DNA of 64,000 bases from a virus. Below the pieces are notes generated by a model that ran no database searches, had not been told where the DNA came from, and saw only the letters and a program-made list of their open reading frames with translations. A program made the translations under genes and the position numbers. This document shows, piece after piece, positions 1 through 9,479 of this stretch; within the stretch, counting starts at the first letter, position 1, and each line of letters begins with the position of its first letter. Location: UHGV virus genome UHGV-0064883; one strand, given 5' to 3'.

Positions 1-515
1 TCCCTGGCCCAAATCGGCGGGAAGACAGCCGTGGACGACCCTCACCACTACTCCCCCGGAACGATCGAATACGGAAAAGTAGTATTAAACCTCGCCTGCC
101 TGACAGCCGTCCTTCTGGAAACGTGGGAAGCCCAGCGTTCATTGAGCGGAGGGGAAAAATCCAAAGACCGGAAACCGGACGACGCGGAATCCGCAGCAGG
201 CCCATTCGGAGCTTGACCCGTACCCCCCCCGCATACAATACCGCATAGCCTACACCTCGACATGATATATGCTTTCGGCGCAGGACAACGAAAGCCTCCG
301 GTGGAGGCTGATTCAGATGAATGTAATCGTCGTCTGGTTTTACCTCCTGCGGCTCCGGGATTCCGGAATCTGGAACAAACACCTGCAGCAGAAGCTGGAC
401 GACACGGAACTCGTCTTTTTAATCATCAAATGGTACATGTGGTACATGCCCGTTCTGTTCCCCGCCTGATTGCGGGTGGCGAGATGAGATAAAATGATGG
501 GCCGCGCGGAAAAAA

Positions 516-551
516 CGTGTAAAACGTGTAAAACATGTAAAATATGTGCAG
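516..551. repeat. Four tandem 9-bp units (CGTGTAAAA x2, CATGTAAAA, TATGTGCAG) inside the duplicated unit; second copy at 2185-2220
   Basis: Read directly from the sequence. An adjacent GGTACATGT/GGTACATGC pair lies at 440-458. Confidence 0.8.
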
Positions 552-655
552 TGCATGTATGCAGGGGGGACATATCGCGCGCAGGCGCGGATGCGTAAAG
601 GCATGCGGCCCTACCCCCCCCTATGAAAGTAAATAAATAAAGAAAAAAATCGGAA

Positions 656-1411
656 ATGCACGCCTATTTGCTCTACACACCGGGGGAAATGCTGGAAGGC
701 GAAGACGAACTTACCGCACTGGGCTACCATGTCCATCCTTTTTTGGGCAATAATGATACGTCCGGCCTCCGGAACAAAGTCAAACACATTCCCAGCCTGG
801 GGCATTCCGCGTCCTATTTATCAGACGGACTGGGCTACAACTGGTGCGGCCACGTCCATGCGCTCCGCGCCAACTTTGCAACCATGCTGGAAACTTACAT
901 GGATGCGGACGACCTTACTATATATGGAGAGTCGGACTGCGTGCCCGCGCCTTATCCCCCTGTGTCCGCCGACGATATTTCCTGTGTTTGTCAAGAAGCG
1001 GTTTCCCGGCATCCTGAAATCGGCATCATCCGTCTGTACCGCCGCGCCACACTATTTAACGAGCCTACCTGGTGGAACCATGCGCCCCTTGAGATTGTCC
1101 CGCTGAAAAAGGCGGCCAGAATCTCCAACATTCCTTTTACGAAATATTACTGTCAAACCCACGCCCTGATTATCCGCAGGCACGTCCGCCAAACGGTCAT
1201 CGACGCCATGCGGGATTATTATTTGCCCATTGACGTGCTCCTATCTTATTTGTCCCAGATTGGGACCGTGCCCGTGTGGCACACCAGCATCAACCTAATG
1301 CTTCAACGCCCCCACAGCACGGGAAAGAGGCTGGCGGACTGGCAGCGCAAACATTCTGTTCCGGCAGCGGACTATTGGCGCGACAGGCCCGGACTGACTG
1401 GAAAAAGGTAG
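656..1411 (+). CDS. Hypothetical protein (251 aa), possibly a divergent GT25-like glycosyltransferase; repeat copy A
   Basis: ATG-initiated ORF. GYNWCGHVHALRANFA...DADDLTIYGESD loosely resembles the G-AWGC-SH-AL...(I/L)EDD core of the two GT25 paralogues at 37411 and 38486. The resemblance is weak. Confidence 0.55.
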   Translation: MHAYLLYTPGEMLEGEDELTALGYHVHPFLGNNDTSGLRNKVKHIPSLGHSASYLSDGLGYNWCGHVHALRANFATMLETYMDADDLTIYGESDCVPAPYPPVSADDISCVCQEAVSRHPEIGIIRLYRRATLFNEPTWWNHAPLEIVPLKKAARISNIPFTKYYCQTHALIIRRHVRQTVIDAMRDYYLPIDVLLSYLSQIGTVPVWHTSINLMLQRPHSTGKRLADWQRKHSVPAADYWRDRPGLTGKR

Positions 1412-1420
1412 GTGCACAAA

Positions 1421-1437
1421 TTTGCAATCATTGCAAA
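1421..1437. promoter_or_regulatory. 17-bp palindrome TTTGCAATCATTGCAAA (copy in repeat A)
   Basis: Perfect inverted repeat 10 nt after the stop at 1411. Confidence 0.8.
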
Positions 1438-2324
1438 TTTTCCTTTTCCCCTCTTTTTTACTCTTCCCGCCTGTCCCGATTGCCGGAATCCCCCAGTAGT
1501 GAGTTCCGCGCCTGCTGGGTTTTCAAAAATTCTTTCCAGTAGTGCTCATACGGCCTGTTCGGCTGCGACCGGATAATTTCTCTGCAAATCCGCGCATTTT
1601 TCAGCAGGCTTTCCATGCCGGAAATCATTGCGGTGTCTGGATGCTCTTCTGTCATATCTGCGGGAGATTTCCCTGGCCCAAATCGGCGGGAAGACAGCCG
1701 TGGACGACCCTCACCACTACTCCCCCGGAACGATCGAATACGGAAAAGTAGTATTAAACCTCGCCTGCCTGACAGCCGTCCTTCTGGAAACGTGGGAAGC
1801 CCAGCGTTCATTGAGCGGAGGGGAAAAATCCAAAGACCGGAAACCGGACGACGCGGAATCCGCAGCAGGCCCATTCGGAGCTTGACCCGTACCCCCCCCG
1901 CATACAATACCGCATAGCCTACACCTCGACATGATATATGCTTTCGGCGCAGGACAACGAAAGCCTCCGGTGGAGGCTGATTCAGATGAATGTAATCGTC
2001 GTCTGGTTTTACCTCCTGCGGCTCCGGGATTCCGGAATCTGGAACAAACACCTGCAGCAGAAGCTGGACGACACGGAACTCGTCTTTTTAATCATCAAAT
2101 GGTACATGTGGTACATGCCCGTTCTGTTCCCCGCCTGATTGCGGGTGGCGAGATGAGATAAAATGATGGGCCGCGCGGAAAAAACGTGTAAAACGTGTAA
2201 AACATGTAAAATATGTGCAGTGCATGTATGCAGGGGGGACATATCGCGCGCAGGCGCGGATGCGTAAAGGCATGCGGCCCTACCCCCCCCTATGAAAGTA
2301 AATAAATAAAGAAAAAAATCGGAA

Positions 2325-3080
2325 ATGCACGCCTATTTGCTCTACACACCGGGGGAAATGCTGGAAGGCGAAGACGAACTTACCGCACTGGGCTACCATG
2401 TCCATCCTTTTTTGGGCAATAATGATACGTCCGGCCTCCGGAACAAAGTCAAACACATTCCCAGCCTGGGGCATTCCGCGTCCTATTTATCAGACGGACT
2501 GGGCTACAACTGGTGCGGCCACGTCCATGCGCTCCGCGCCAACTTTGCAACCATGCTGGAAACTTACATGGATGCGGACGACCTTACTATATATGGAGAG
2601 TCGGACTGCGTGCCCGCGCCTTATCCCCCTGTGTCCGCCGACGATATTTCCTGTGTTTGTCAAGAAGCGGTTTCCCGGCATCCTGAAATCGGCATCATCC
2701 GTCTGTACCGCCGCGCCACACTATTTAACGAGCCTACCTGGTGGAACCATGCGCCCCTTGAGATTGTCCCGCTGAAAAAGGCGGCCAGAATCTCCAACAT
2801 TCCTTTTACGAAATATTACTGTCAAACCCACGCCCTGATTATCCGCAGGCACGTCCGCCAAACGGTCATCGACGCCATGCGGGATTATTATTTGCCCATT
2901 GACGTGCTCCTATCTTATTTGTCCCAGATTGGGACCGTGCCCGTGTGGCACACCAGCATCAACCTAATGCTTCAACGCCCCCACAGCACGGGAAAGAGGC
3001 TGGCGGACTGGCAGCGCAAACATTCTGTTCCGGCAGCGGACTATTGGCGCGACAGGCCCGGACTGACTGGAAAAAGGTAG
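2325..3080 (+). CDS. Identical second copy of the 251-aa protein; repeat copy B
   Basis: Identical translation to 656..1411. Confidence 0.55.
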   Translation: MHAYLLYTPGEMLEGEDELTALGYHVHPFLGNNDTSGLRNKVKHIPSLGHSASYLSDGLGYNWCGHVHALRANFATMLETYMDADDLTIYGESDCVPAPYPPVSADDISCVCQEAVSRHPEIGIIRLYRRATLFNEPTWWNHAPLEIVPLKKAARISNIPFTKYYCQTHALIIRRHVRQTVIDAMRDYYLPIDVLLSYLSQIGTVPVWHTSINLMLQRPHSTGKRLADWQRKHSVPAADYWRDRPGLTGKR

Positions 3081-3089
3081 GTGCACAAA

Positions 3090-3106
3090 TTTGCAATCAT
3101 TGCAAA
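3090..3106. promoter_or_regulatory. 17-bp palindrome TTTGCAATCATTGCAAA (copy in repeat B)
   Basis: Identical to 1421-1437. Confidence 0.8.
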
Positions 3107-3126
3107 TTTTCCTTTTCCCCTCTTTT

Positions 3127-3324
3127 TTACTCTTCCCGCCTGTCCCGATTGCCGGAATCCCCCAGTAGTGAGTTCCGCGCCTGCTGGGTTTTCAAAAATT
3201 CTTTCCAGTAGTGCTCATACGGCCTGTTCGGCTGCGACCGGATAATTTCTCTGCAAATCCGCGCATTTTTCAGCAGGCTTTCCATGCCGGAAATCATTGC
3301 GGTGTCTGGATGCTCTTCTGTCAT
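3127..3324 (-). CDS. Small hypothetical protein (65 aa) from an ATG at 3324; same sequence in copy A at 1458..1655
   Basis: Coding-like codon usage, MTEEHPDTAMISGMESLLKNARICREIIRSQPNRPYEHYWKEFLK... It is convergent with the 251-aa gene across the palindrome at 3090. Confidence 0.3.
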   Translation of the reverse strand: MTEEHPDTAMISGMESLLKNARICREIIRSQPNRPYEHYWKEFLKTQQARNSLLGDSGNRDRREE

Positions 3325-3380
3325 ATCTGCGGGAGATTTTAATAAAAAAAGTTCATTTAAGAAAGATTTTTTCTCACTTT

Positions 3381-3416
3381 TTTCTTGCAATTCTAATCAT
3401 TGAATGATAAATTGAC
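3381..3416 (+). promoter_or_regulatory. Promoter-like box TTCTTGCAAT-N20-TAAATTGA
   Basis: Matches the TTG/N19-20/TAnnTT consensus seen about 10 times in the window. Followed by the leader AAAACCGAATTAGAAAGACCAAAACAATG, which is identical to the leader at 53686-53715. Confidence 0.55.
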
Positions 3417-3485
3417 TTTGTTGACGGGAGGTAAGGGACCAACCGAAAGCACAAAACAAAAAACCGAATTAGAAAGACCAAAACA

Positions 3486-3743
3486 ATGAACGCTGATAAA
3501 ACCTACAATGTAAGAGAAATCTTCACCACGAATTACTACGAAATCGTTGTCGCCGGAGAAGCGGTGAAGAATTATGATGAAGAAGGAAGAACTTACAACT
3601 TTTATTGCCCGGTGTGGGAAGCCCACGGCACGAGACATGGATTTGTCAGCGGCAATGTCTCCGAAGAGGATAAAGATTTTGATGATGTAAGAATCATCCT
3701 CGAAAAAGCGGAAGAATACAACTTGGTTGTAGGTTGGGACTAA
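3486..3743 (+). CDS. Small hypothetical protein (85 aa)
   Basis: ATG ORF behind the conserved promoter/leader cassette. Confidence 0.6.
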   Translation: MNADKTYNVREIFTTNYYEIVVAGEAVKNYDEEGRTYNFYCPVWEAHGTRHGFVSGNVSEEDKDFDDVRIILEKAEEYNLVVGWD

Positions 3744-3797
3744 AACAGCAAACGCCATTACGCTGAATAAATCAAAAACTGGAAAGGACAAAAGACA

Positions 3798-4121
3798 ATG
3801 AGCGCAGACAAAATCATCATCACGGAAGACGGCGAAGAAATCAATCTGACTACTCTTGAACGCGAGTTCGGCAGCTATCAGTTTGAGGGCAAGACCTACT
3901 ATGCCACGCGTCAAATGGAGTTTACCAACCGCGAGTTCCTGGGATGTTTCGAGGAAGCGGAAGAAGGAGAAGAATACGTCTCCGAATATTCCGCCCCCGG
4001 ATATGACGAAAACGGAAACCCCGTGGAAATCTTCATGATGTTCACGGAAATAAAAGGCGAAGAGGTGGACCCGGAAAACCTTAACCGGTTCCAGGACGCC
4101 GACCGCGTTGAAGTCCGCTAA
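3798..4121 (+). CDS. Small acidic hypothetical protein (107 aa)
   Basis: ORF with a GGAAAGGA purine-rich stretch upstream. Confidence 0.55.
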   Translation: MSADKIIITEDGEEINLTTLEREFGSYQFEGKTYYATRQMEFTNREFLGCFEEAEEGEEYVSEYSAPGYDENGNPVEIFMMFTEIKGEEVDPENLNRFQDADRVEVR

Positions 4122-4150
4122 TTATTTTACACCACAAAAACTACTCCGAT

Positions 4151-4726
4151 ATGAACATTCTCATTTCCGTCGAAACCTTTGAATCCATCGCCGCTTCCGT
4201 TCTGGAAGCCATACGCCCCATTACGGAATGGAGCTACCAGGGAACGCCCCAGTATTACGCTGATGACATTTCCTTTTTCGCCTATGATTCCAGATTGGAC
4301 GATGCCGAGCTTTCCACCGAGGCGGATTCCCTCGCCATCTACTTTGACACGGCGGGCGTAAAGGAATCTGTTGTTGACCGGATTTACAGCGCCATTGTTG
4401 ATGAGTTTTCCCGCCGTGGAATCCGTCTGACCCGTTCCGGGGATATCGACGGCGGCAGTCAGGGACTGTTGTACGATGTCAGCCTCATGGCCGCCCGGAA
4501 AGTGCCGAAAACGGTCGGGGAGTTCGTCAGCTGGGTGCAGGCGGATTATCGCCTTCCCGATAAGCCCGCCGCCGTGAAAAAGGCGGCCGAACTGATGAAA
4601 GTAAAAGAAATAACCGTATGGGAATGGATGAAAGGAGCGCGGCAGGTATCTCCCTCCATGCTCCTGCTTATGGAATTTATCGCTTCGATATATGCCCCGG
4701 CGGAGCGTCCCGGTATTTCCGACTGA
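4151..4726 (+). CDS. Hypothetical protein (191 aa)
   Basis: ORF followed by the hairpin terminator at 4751. Confidence 0.55.
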   Translation: MNILISVETFESIAASVLEAIRPITEWSYQGTPQYYADDISFFAYDSRLDDAELSTEADSLAIYFDTAGVKESVVDRIYSAIVDEFSRRGIRLTRSGDIDGGSQGLLYDVSLMAARKVPKTVGEFVSWVQADYRLPDKPAAVKKAAELMKVKEITVWEWMKGARQVSPSMLLLMEFIASIYAPAERPGISD

Positions 4727-4750
4727 AACGGAAATAATTCAGCCGCCCCC

Positions 4751-4795
4751 GATATGAGGGCGGCTGATTAAAGCCTTTTTGCTTATCTGGATGCC
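4751..4795. terminator. Possible bidirectional intrinsic terminator between convergent genes
   Basis: Stem CAGCCGCCC/GGGCGGCTG with a 9-nt loop, then ..GCCTTTTTGC. Confidence 0.5.
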
Positions 4796-5007
4796 GCCGC
4801 CGCACCGATGCCCATCAGGACGACGGCAATAAAGTAGATAAGGGCAATGCCGATGTTGATGATAAATATTGCCATTATCATGTTGGATATTTTACTGCAC
4901 ACCCGTATCAGCTGGTCAAGTCTGCTGACAAGAAGATAGGTGTCCTGCGGTTGTAGTCTGATGTTAGGTTCCATGTTGTCTATGGGTGGGGGTTGTCTGT
5001 CCGGCAA
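4783..5007 (-). CDS. Possible small membrane protein (up to 74 aa; start uncertain)
   Basis: Minus-strand ORF with a hydrophobic segment IMAIFIINIGIALIYFIAVVLMGIGAAAA. Confidence 0.25.
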   Translation of the reverse strand: MPDRQPPPIDNMEPNIRLQPQDTYLLVSRLDQLIRVCSKISNMIMAIFIINIGIALIYFIAVVLMGIGAAAASR

Positions 5008-5132
5008 ACGGTTCGCCGGGGTAGCTCTATGTGCTGGCCGGCTGCGTTATTTGTCAACCATATTCCACATTTCTTCCCCCGTATCGGCATGTTTTTTCTT
5101 TCTTTTCCGCCCGGAAGCCCTATGTTGGCGGC

Positions 5133-5540
5133 ATGATTAGTCTTCTCGGCATTTTTGATGCTCCGCCGGATTGGAGCAAGGGCACTATTTACTGCATTGG
5201 GCAAAAATCCGATAGTTGGAGCAAGCCCGATTCCTACCGCCTTTCCGACATCCCGGAACAGCACCGGGAAGCGCTCGCGTCCATTGTCAAAGGATTCACC
5301 ATGTTGAGCGACGAGTGGTACTGCACGCAGTTCTGGGCTGCATTCTCCTACCGCATGGAGACAGTGGAATCGGAATCCGGGGAACAGGAATCAACGCGCG
5401 TTCCCGGCATTGCCATCCGCATGGAGTGCCGGCATAAGGACACAGGGGCCTTGAGATTGCTGACCCCTAAAGACAATCCGGCCCTGTGGCTCACCGACAG
5501 CGCGTCAATGGCGTTGTACTCGGCTCTGTGCGACGATTGA
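5133..5540 (+). CDS. Hypothetical protein (135 aa from first ATG; the ORF opens with GTG at 5031)
   Basis: ORF track entry 5031..5540; first in-frame ATG at 5133. Confidence 0.45.
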   Translation: MISLLGIFDAPPDWSKGTIYCIGQKSDSWSKPDSYRLSDIPEQHREALASIVKGFTMLSDEWYCTQFWAAFSYRMETVESESGEQESTRVPGIAIRMECRHKDTGALRLLTPKDNPALWLTDSASMALYSALCDD

Positions 5541-5557
5541 TTACGTCTTTCTGCGAA

Positions 5558-5574
5558 TTTGCAATCATTGCAAA
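5558..5574. promoter_or_regulatory. 17-bp palindrome TTTGCAATCATTGCAAA followed by a T7 run
   Basis: 18 nt after the stop at 5540 and upstream of the sulfation operon. Confidence 0.8.
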
Positions 5575-5624
5575 TTTTTTTCGCACTCTCATGAGTGCGT
5601 GGATTGAAACTGCAACACCAGCCT

Positions 5625-6290
5625 ATGAGCGTTTTTACCTATCCGGTCGAGGGCCTTCGCCGCGTGCTGATTCCGCAGAAATGCGGCTGGACGCTAGCCT
5701 GGGATTCCCTCCCCCGCTGGAACGGTCGGGTGGTGATTGACTCCAATGACTACCCCGCGAAAAATCTGGACTGCATGTTTGTCAGGGAGCCGGTGGCCCG
5801 GTTCATGTCCGCTTTCCGGAACAAGATAGAGTTCGGGCCGCAGTCCTACCCCAAAAACGCCAACGGTCAGTTCAACGTCTGGTCCGGCATCCAATGGGTT
5901 GCCTGTGTGTGCGGCATCCCCCCGGACCTGGTGCAGAAGCAGGTTACTGTGTCCCTGATGCTGGACGTGTTGGAGGACATCATCAAAAAAAAACCGAGGG
6001 CGGCGCAATACAACCACGCCGTACTTGACCTGCACTGGTCCCCGCAGGTCTATCATGTGGCCCCCGGCCATATTCCGGAACTGCTCATTGACCCCCGGAA
6101 CGATTTTTCCGTCCTGGACAGATTAAAAATTGACTACTCTACGCACAATCACAATAATACCAGCCGTTATGGAGGCTACCAGCCTACACCGGAAGAGGTC
6201 GCACGCATCAAGGCCCTGTATGCCGAGGATGTAGCACTTTACGCCAGATACCAGCATGATTACGCCCTTCGCCAGTTACCCGCCCAGTGA
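5625..6290 (+). CDS. Sulfotransferase, PF03567-like (Sulfotransfer_2 family)
   Basis: IPQKCGWT matches the 5'-PSB PAPS-binding motif (P-K-x-G-x-T). MFVREPVARFMSAFRNK matches the 3'-PB motif (V-R-d-P-x-x-R-x-x-S-a-Y/F-r-n-K). Start taken at the first ATG, 5625; the ORF opens at GTG 5595. Confidence 0.7.
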   Translation: MSVFTYPVEGLRRVLIPQKCGWTLAWDSLPRWNGRVVIDSNDYPAKNLDCMFVREPVARFMSAFRNKIEFGPQSYPKNANGQFNVWSGIQWVACVCGIPPDLVQKQVTVSLMLDVLEDIIKKKPRAAQYNHAVLDLHWSPQVYHVAPGHIPELLIDPRNDFSVLDRLKIDYSTHNHNNTSRYGGYQPTPEEVARIKALYAEDVALYARYQHDYALRQLPAQ

Positions 6291-7107
6291 CGCCCCGGAG
6301 TTCATCAAATACTCCCACCACCTGATTGACCTCGCCTTGAGAAAAGCCCGGCGTCCGGCCATCCTCTGTTCCTACGGCAAGGATTCCGGCGTTGTCCTGC
6401 ATTTGCTCTCCCAGCACGTCGATTTATCCCGCATCGACGTTATTTACATTGATTCCACTTTTGAATTCCCGGCGTTTTACAAGCACATTGCCGGGATGAA
6501 AGCCTTTTTCGGCATCCGGCACGGCGGCCCTCATGACGTGCACTGCCAGAATAACCAGGCCATCCGTTCCGGCATGTCCTACGACAACACCCCGGTGCTC
6601 AAGTTGACGCAGACCCTGAAAACCGACGTATTGGTGCAGGTGCTGAAAGAGCGAAATATTGACTTTCTGTTCACCGGCATCCGGCGCGACGAAGAGGGTT
6701 CCCGTGCCAAGGAACGCTATTTCTCCTACCGGGAAGCCGACGGCACGTTTGACCCGGTAAGCAACCGCCCCGGATTCTATCCGCTGGACGGGCTGGATGT
6801 GCAGTCCCCCGGTTCCGGGCATTACCGCGTCAATATCCTTCTGGGCTGGTCGGAGCGGGACGTGTGGGAATACACGGAAAAGCACCTGCTTCCCGTCTGC
6901 CCGCTGTACCTTGCCAAAGACGGAAAGCGCTACCGCTCCCTTGGAGACGAGCCGGTGACTACTCCGGTGGATTCCGACGCTGACAGCATCGACAAAATCA
7001 TCAAGGAGCTGTACCATACCAGCGTGCCGGAACGGGCATGCCGGAAATCACAGGACAATTCCGCGCCGTACGCAATGGAGATGCTGCGGCGCAAGGGATT
7101 CTGCTAA
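6256..7107 (+). CDS. cysD: Sulfate adenylyltransferase subunit 2 (CysD; PAPS-reductase/PP-loop family)
   Basis: LCSYGKDSGVVLHLL (PP-loop SxGxDS), FTGIRRDEEGSRAKERYFSYRE, LGWSERDVWEYTEKHLLPVCPLY and RSLGDEPVTTPV align closely with the bacterial CysD blocks [49 protein letters not shown]...VPLY and RTLGCWPLTGAV. Confidence 0.85.
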   Translation: MITPFASYPPSDAPEFIKYSHHLIDLALRKARRPAILCSYGKDSGVVLHLLSQHVDLSRIDVIYIDSTFEFPAFYKHIAGMKAFFGIRHGGPHDVHCQNNQAIRSGMSYDNTPVLKLTQTLKTDVLVQVLKERNIDFLFTGIRRDEEGSRAKERYFSYREADGTFDPVSNRPGFYPLDGLDVQSPGSGHYRVNILLGWSERDVWEYTEKHLLPVCPLYLAKDGKRYRSLGDEPVTTPVDSDADSIDKIIKELYHTSVPERACRKSQDNSAPYAMEMLRRKGFC

Positions 7108-7137
7108 CAGTTCCATTTTTTCCTTTCCGCTCTTGCC

Positions 7138-7860
7138 ATGATACCGGATGACCCGTTCACCCAGCCGGAAAAAAAACCTGAAAAGCCGGGAGGCATCACG
7201 CAAATCTGGATAGGCGGAGAAGATAATATACCGCAGGAAATGCGGGAATGGATGTCCGGGGTGCGGGCCTACTGCAACCAGTTCAACCTTCCGTACCGCT
7301 GTTTGAACGGGAGGCAATGCAAGGCTCTGCTGGATGAGTTCGGCATCCCGTTCAATCCTACCGGGGGCATCATGAGCCTGACCGACATGGCGCGGGTGTG
7401 TGCCCTGAAAAAATGGGGCGGCTGGTATCTGGACACAGACGTAAAAATCCAGCGTCCGGCAGCCTTCCATGATTACTCGGTTTCTGTCTGCGAACAGGAG
7501 CCTTCTACTGTTTTTTACAATGCCATCACCTACGGCTGGATGTACAATCACGGAGTGCTTTATGCCTCCGGGGACGATTCCTGCCTGTTCCTGGATGCCA
7601 TGCTGGACGCGTGCCGGGAGACGTACAAGACAGTCCATGCTTCCGATTCCGGGTGGGGGCTGGAAAGCACCGTTCAGAATATGGTGCATCATGACCGCCA
7701 ATGGGTAGGCTGGCATCAAGGACTGCCAAAGGGCGTTTGCGATTGCGGCAATCCGTCCAGCATGATTAACCATGTGCTTTATGGGACCTGGTACAATAGC
7801 GCACACATGACTCCCGGCATCAAGGACGCGGAAACTTATTCAAAGGTTTCCGATTTGTAG
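7138..7860 (+). CDS. Glycosyltransferase, GT32-like (Och1/TcdA-type DXD sugar transferase)
   Basis: WIGGE...LTDMARVCALKKWGGWYLDTDV matches the GT32 signature (sD..R...L.k.GG.Y.D.D). Confidence 0.7.
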   Translation: MIPDDPFTQPEKKPEKPGGITQIWIGGEDNIPQEMREWMSGVRAYCNQFNLPYRCLNGRQCKALLDEFGIPFNPTGGIMSLTDMARVCALKKWGGWYLDTDVKIQRPAAFHDYSVSVCEQEPSTVFYNAITYGWMYNHGVLYASGDDSCLFLDAMLDACRETYKTVHASDSGWGLESTVQNMVHHDRQWVGWHQGLPKGVCDCGNPSSMINHVLYGTWYNSAHMTPGIKDAETYSKVSDL

Positions 7861-7909
7861 TCCGGAATAATTTTTGCAAAAAAGAAAAAACAATGGTAAT
7901 ACGTAGCGC

Positions 7910-8761
7910 ATGCCACGTGAAAAAATCATCATTGCCGTGTGCGGAATCCCTGACACGGGAAAAAGCACTTTTATCGCCAACGCCGCGAAACACCTGAACG
8001 GAATGGAGGTCCAGCCGGATGCCCTGTGCGTAGAGCAGCAGACCGGGAAAACCATTGCAACCTCATTCATCACCACCTGGGGCGAAGAGTGGCAGCGGGA
8101 CGGAAAAACCTGCGATTTGGTCTTTGTGGACTGCCCCGGCCATGTGCAGTTCCTTCCGGAGATTGTCGCGGGCTTGTCTGCGGCCCATGCCTACATTGTC
8201 ATCCATGACGCTTCCCGCATTGAGGCGAGCCAGGCATATGCCCGGATGCTGGAAGATGTCGCAGGCGTGCTTGGCGTGCCTCGGCTCGCCACCCTCTACA
8301 GCCATTGCGACAGCACCGGGGAATACTGCTACAACGTGGGTGTTGACAACCGGCTTCCGGGAATTGCCGAAAGGGTTATCCGGCGTGCCCTGGCGGGCGG
8401 CAAAGATAAGCTGGTTCATCCCACGGCATCCTGGCTTGGCTACATCCGGCAGGAGCCGTTCGATACGCCTGATGCCCGGCACAGGGTGTCCGTCATCTGG
8501 CTTCCCTGCGCTTCCCGGCTCACTCCGGTTTCCCTTCTCCGGGCAGAGCTTCCCGACCGAACGGTCGAACTCGGAGAGGCTGGCTCCGTTCTAGACCCCA
8601 TCCCCAGGGAAAGCGACTTCCAGACCGCCCCATTGATACGGCACATTTACCTGCAATTCCCTGTCCGGTATCTGGACCCCGTGCGCTTCCTGATTTGCGA
8701 CTCGGAGCTGGGAACGGTCGGAGTCGGAACAGTAACCCCGTGGGAAACCCAAATGTTATGA
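7910..8761 (+). CDS. CysN/EF-Tu-like GTPase (283 aa; truncated, divergent putative sulfate adenylyltransferase subunit 1)
   Basis: G1 CGIPDTGKST and G3 DCPGHVQF (DxPGH) match translation-factor/CysN GTPases. No canonical NKxD motif. Adjacent to cysD. Its stop overlaps the next start (ATGA). Confidence 0.55.
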   Translation: MPREKIIIAVCGIPDTGKSTFIANAAKHLNGMEVQPDALCVEQQTGKTIATSFITTWGEEWQRDGKTCDLVFVDCPGHVQFLPEIVAGLSAAHAYIVIHDASRIEASQAYARMLEDVAGVLGVPRLATLYSHCDSTGEYCYNVGVDNRLPGIAERVIRRALAGGKDKLVHPTASWLGYIRQEPFDTPDARHRVSVIWLPCASRLTPVSLLRAELPDRTVELGEAGSVLDPIPRESDFQTAPLIRHIYLQFPVRYLDPVRFLICDSELGTVGVGTVTPWETQML

Positions 8762-8979
8762 GCAACGTAGCTATCCCATACCAGCCCCACGACTGCCCCG
8801 TCTGCGGAAAGAACCTCTGCTACAGCGCCGGAAAGGACGGCTGCTATTATTCCTGCCCGGAATGCAGGTATTCCGTCCAGTCCGGTGCGACCCTGCAAGA
8901 AGCACAAAGGCATCTTTTCATCTTTGCGGCGGCAGTCCTCAAAAACCAGAACACGCAACACGACACCATCACCCAATGA
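8758..8979 (+). CDS. Small zinc-ribbon protein (73 aa)
   Basis: CPVCGKNLCYSAGKDGCYYSCPECRY contains two CxxC pairs. ATGA overlap with the upstream gene and with cysC downstream. Confidence 0.5.
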   Translation: MSNVAIPYQPHDCPVCGKNLCYSAGKDGCYYSCPECRYSVQSGATLQEAQRHLFIFAAAVLKNQNTQHDTITQ

Positions 8980-9479
8980 TTATTCTTCTCACCGGCGAAA
9001 GCGGCGTCGGAAAAACGTCTGTGGCAAAAACCCTGATGAACCGGCATCCGGGCATCCTTCTCGACGGCGACGACATGCGGGACGGATTGAACAGCGACCT
9101 TGGGTTTTCCGACCAGGACATCATGGAGAACATGCGCCGGGCGGCGCACATAGCCGTACTGCTGCATGACCAGCTTCCGGAAGACCGGCGCACGGTTTAC
9201 ATCACCTGCATTGCCCCGCTGCTGGCCGGAAGGAATCTGGTGCATGAGCTGTGCGGTTCCCGGTTGTGGGAGATTCGCATCCAGTATGATTACCGGGCTT
9301 CCGACGACGTAAAAGGGTTGTACAAGGCGGGAACCCCCATGCGGGCCTACGAAGAGTACCCCAGCGAAACGTTGCTGCTCCCCCGCCGGATAAACCGCGT
9401 GTACCGGTACTACAACGATACCGTGTGCGCTCTGGCCGCCAAAATAGAAAAGCTGTGGCCTGCGGACAAAACCGCTTGA
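8976..9479 (+). CDS. cysC: Adenylylsulfate (APS) kinase CysC
   Basis: ILLTGESGVGKTSVAKTL (P-loop), LLDGDDMRDGLNSDLGFSDQDIMENMRRAAHIA and KGLYKAGTPMRAYEEYP match the APS-kinase motifs TGLSGSGKST, LDGDNvRhGLnkDLgFsdeDR.ENiRR and KGLYkkAr.g....FTGi. Confidence 0.9.
   Translation: MIILLTGESGVGKTSVAKTLMNRHPGILLDGDDMRDGLNSDLGFSDQDIMENMRRAAHIAVLLHDQLPEDRRTVYITCIAPLLAGRNLVHELCGSRLWEIRIQYDYRASDDVKGLYKAGTPMRAYEEYPSETLLLPRRINRVYRYYNDTVCALAAKIEKLWPADKTA

Larger units (their letters stand above)
1..1669. repeat. Copy A of an exact 1669-bp tandem direct repeat; unit boundary coincides with window start
   Basis: Sequence 1-1669 is repeated at 1670-3338. All six-frame ORFs in the two copies have identical translations, e.g. 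656..1411 and 2325..3080. The copies diverge after ...gggagatt at 3338. Confidence 0.95.
1670..3338. repeat. Copy B of the 1669-bp tandem direct repeat
   Basis: Same as copy A. The junction is ...cgggagatt|tccctggccc at 1669/1670. Confidence 0.95.

Noticed and set aside
1628-1885. Plus-strand ORF spanning the duplication junction, and its partial copy at 31..216
   Set aside because: It has no ATG start. It exists in this form only because of the junction, and it overlaps a more plausible minus-strand small ORF. Treated as non-coding or unknown.
8862-9479. Longer N-terminal extension of the APS kinase ORF starting at 8862
   Set aside because: The extension overlaps the zinc-ribbon gene in another frame. 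Homology to CysC begins exactly at the ATG at 8976, which overlaps the upstream stop.
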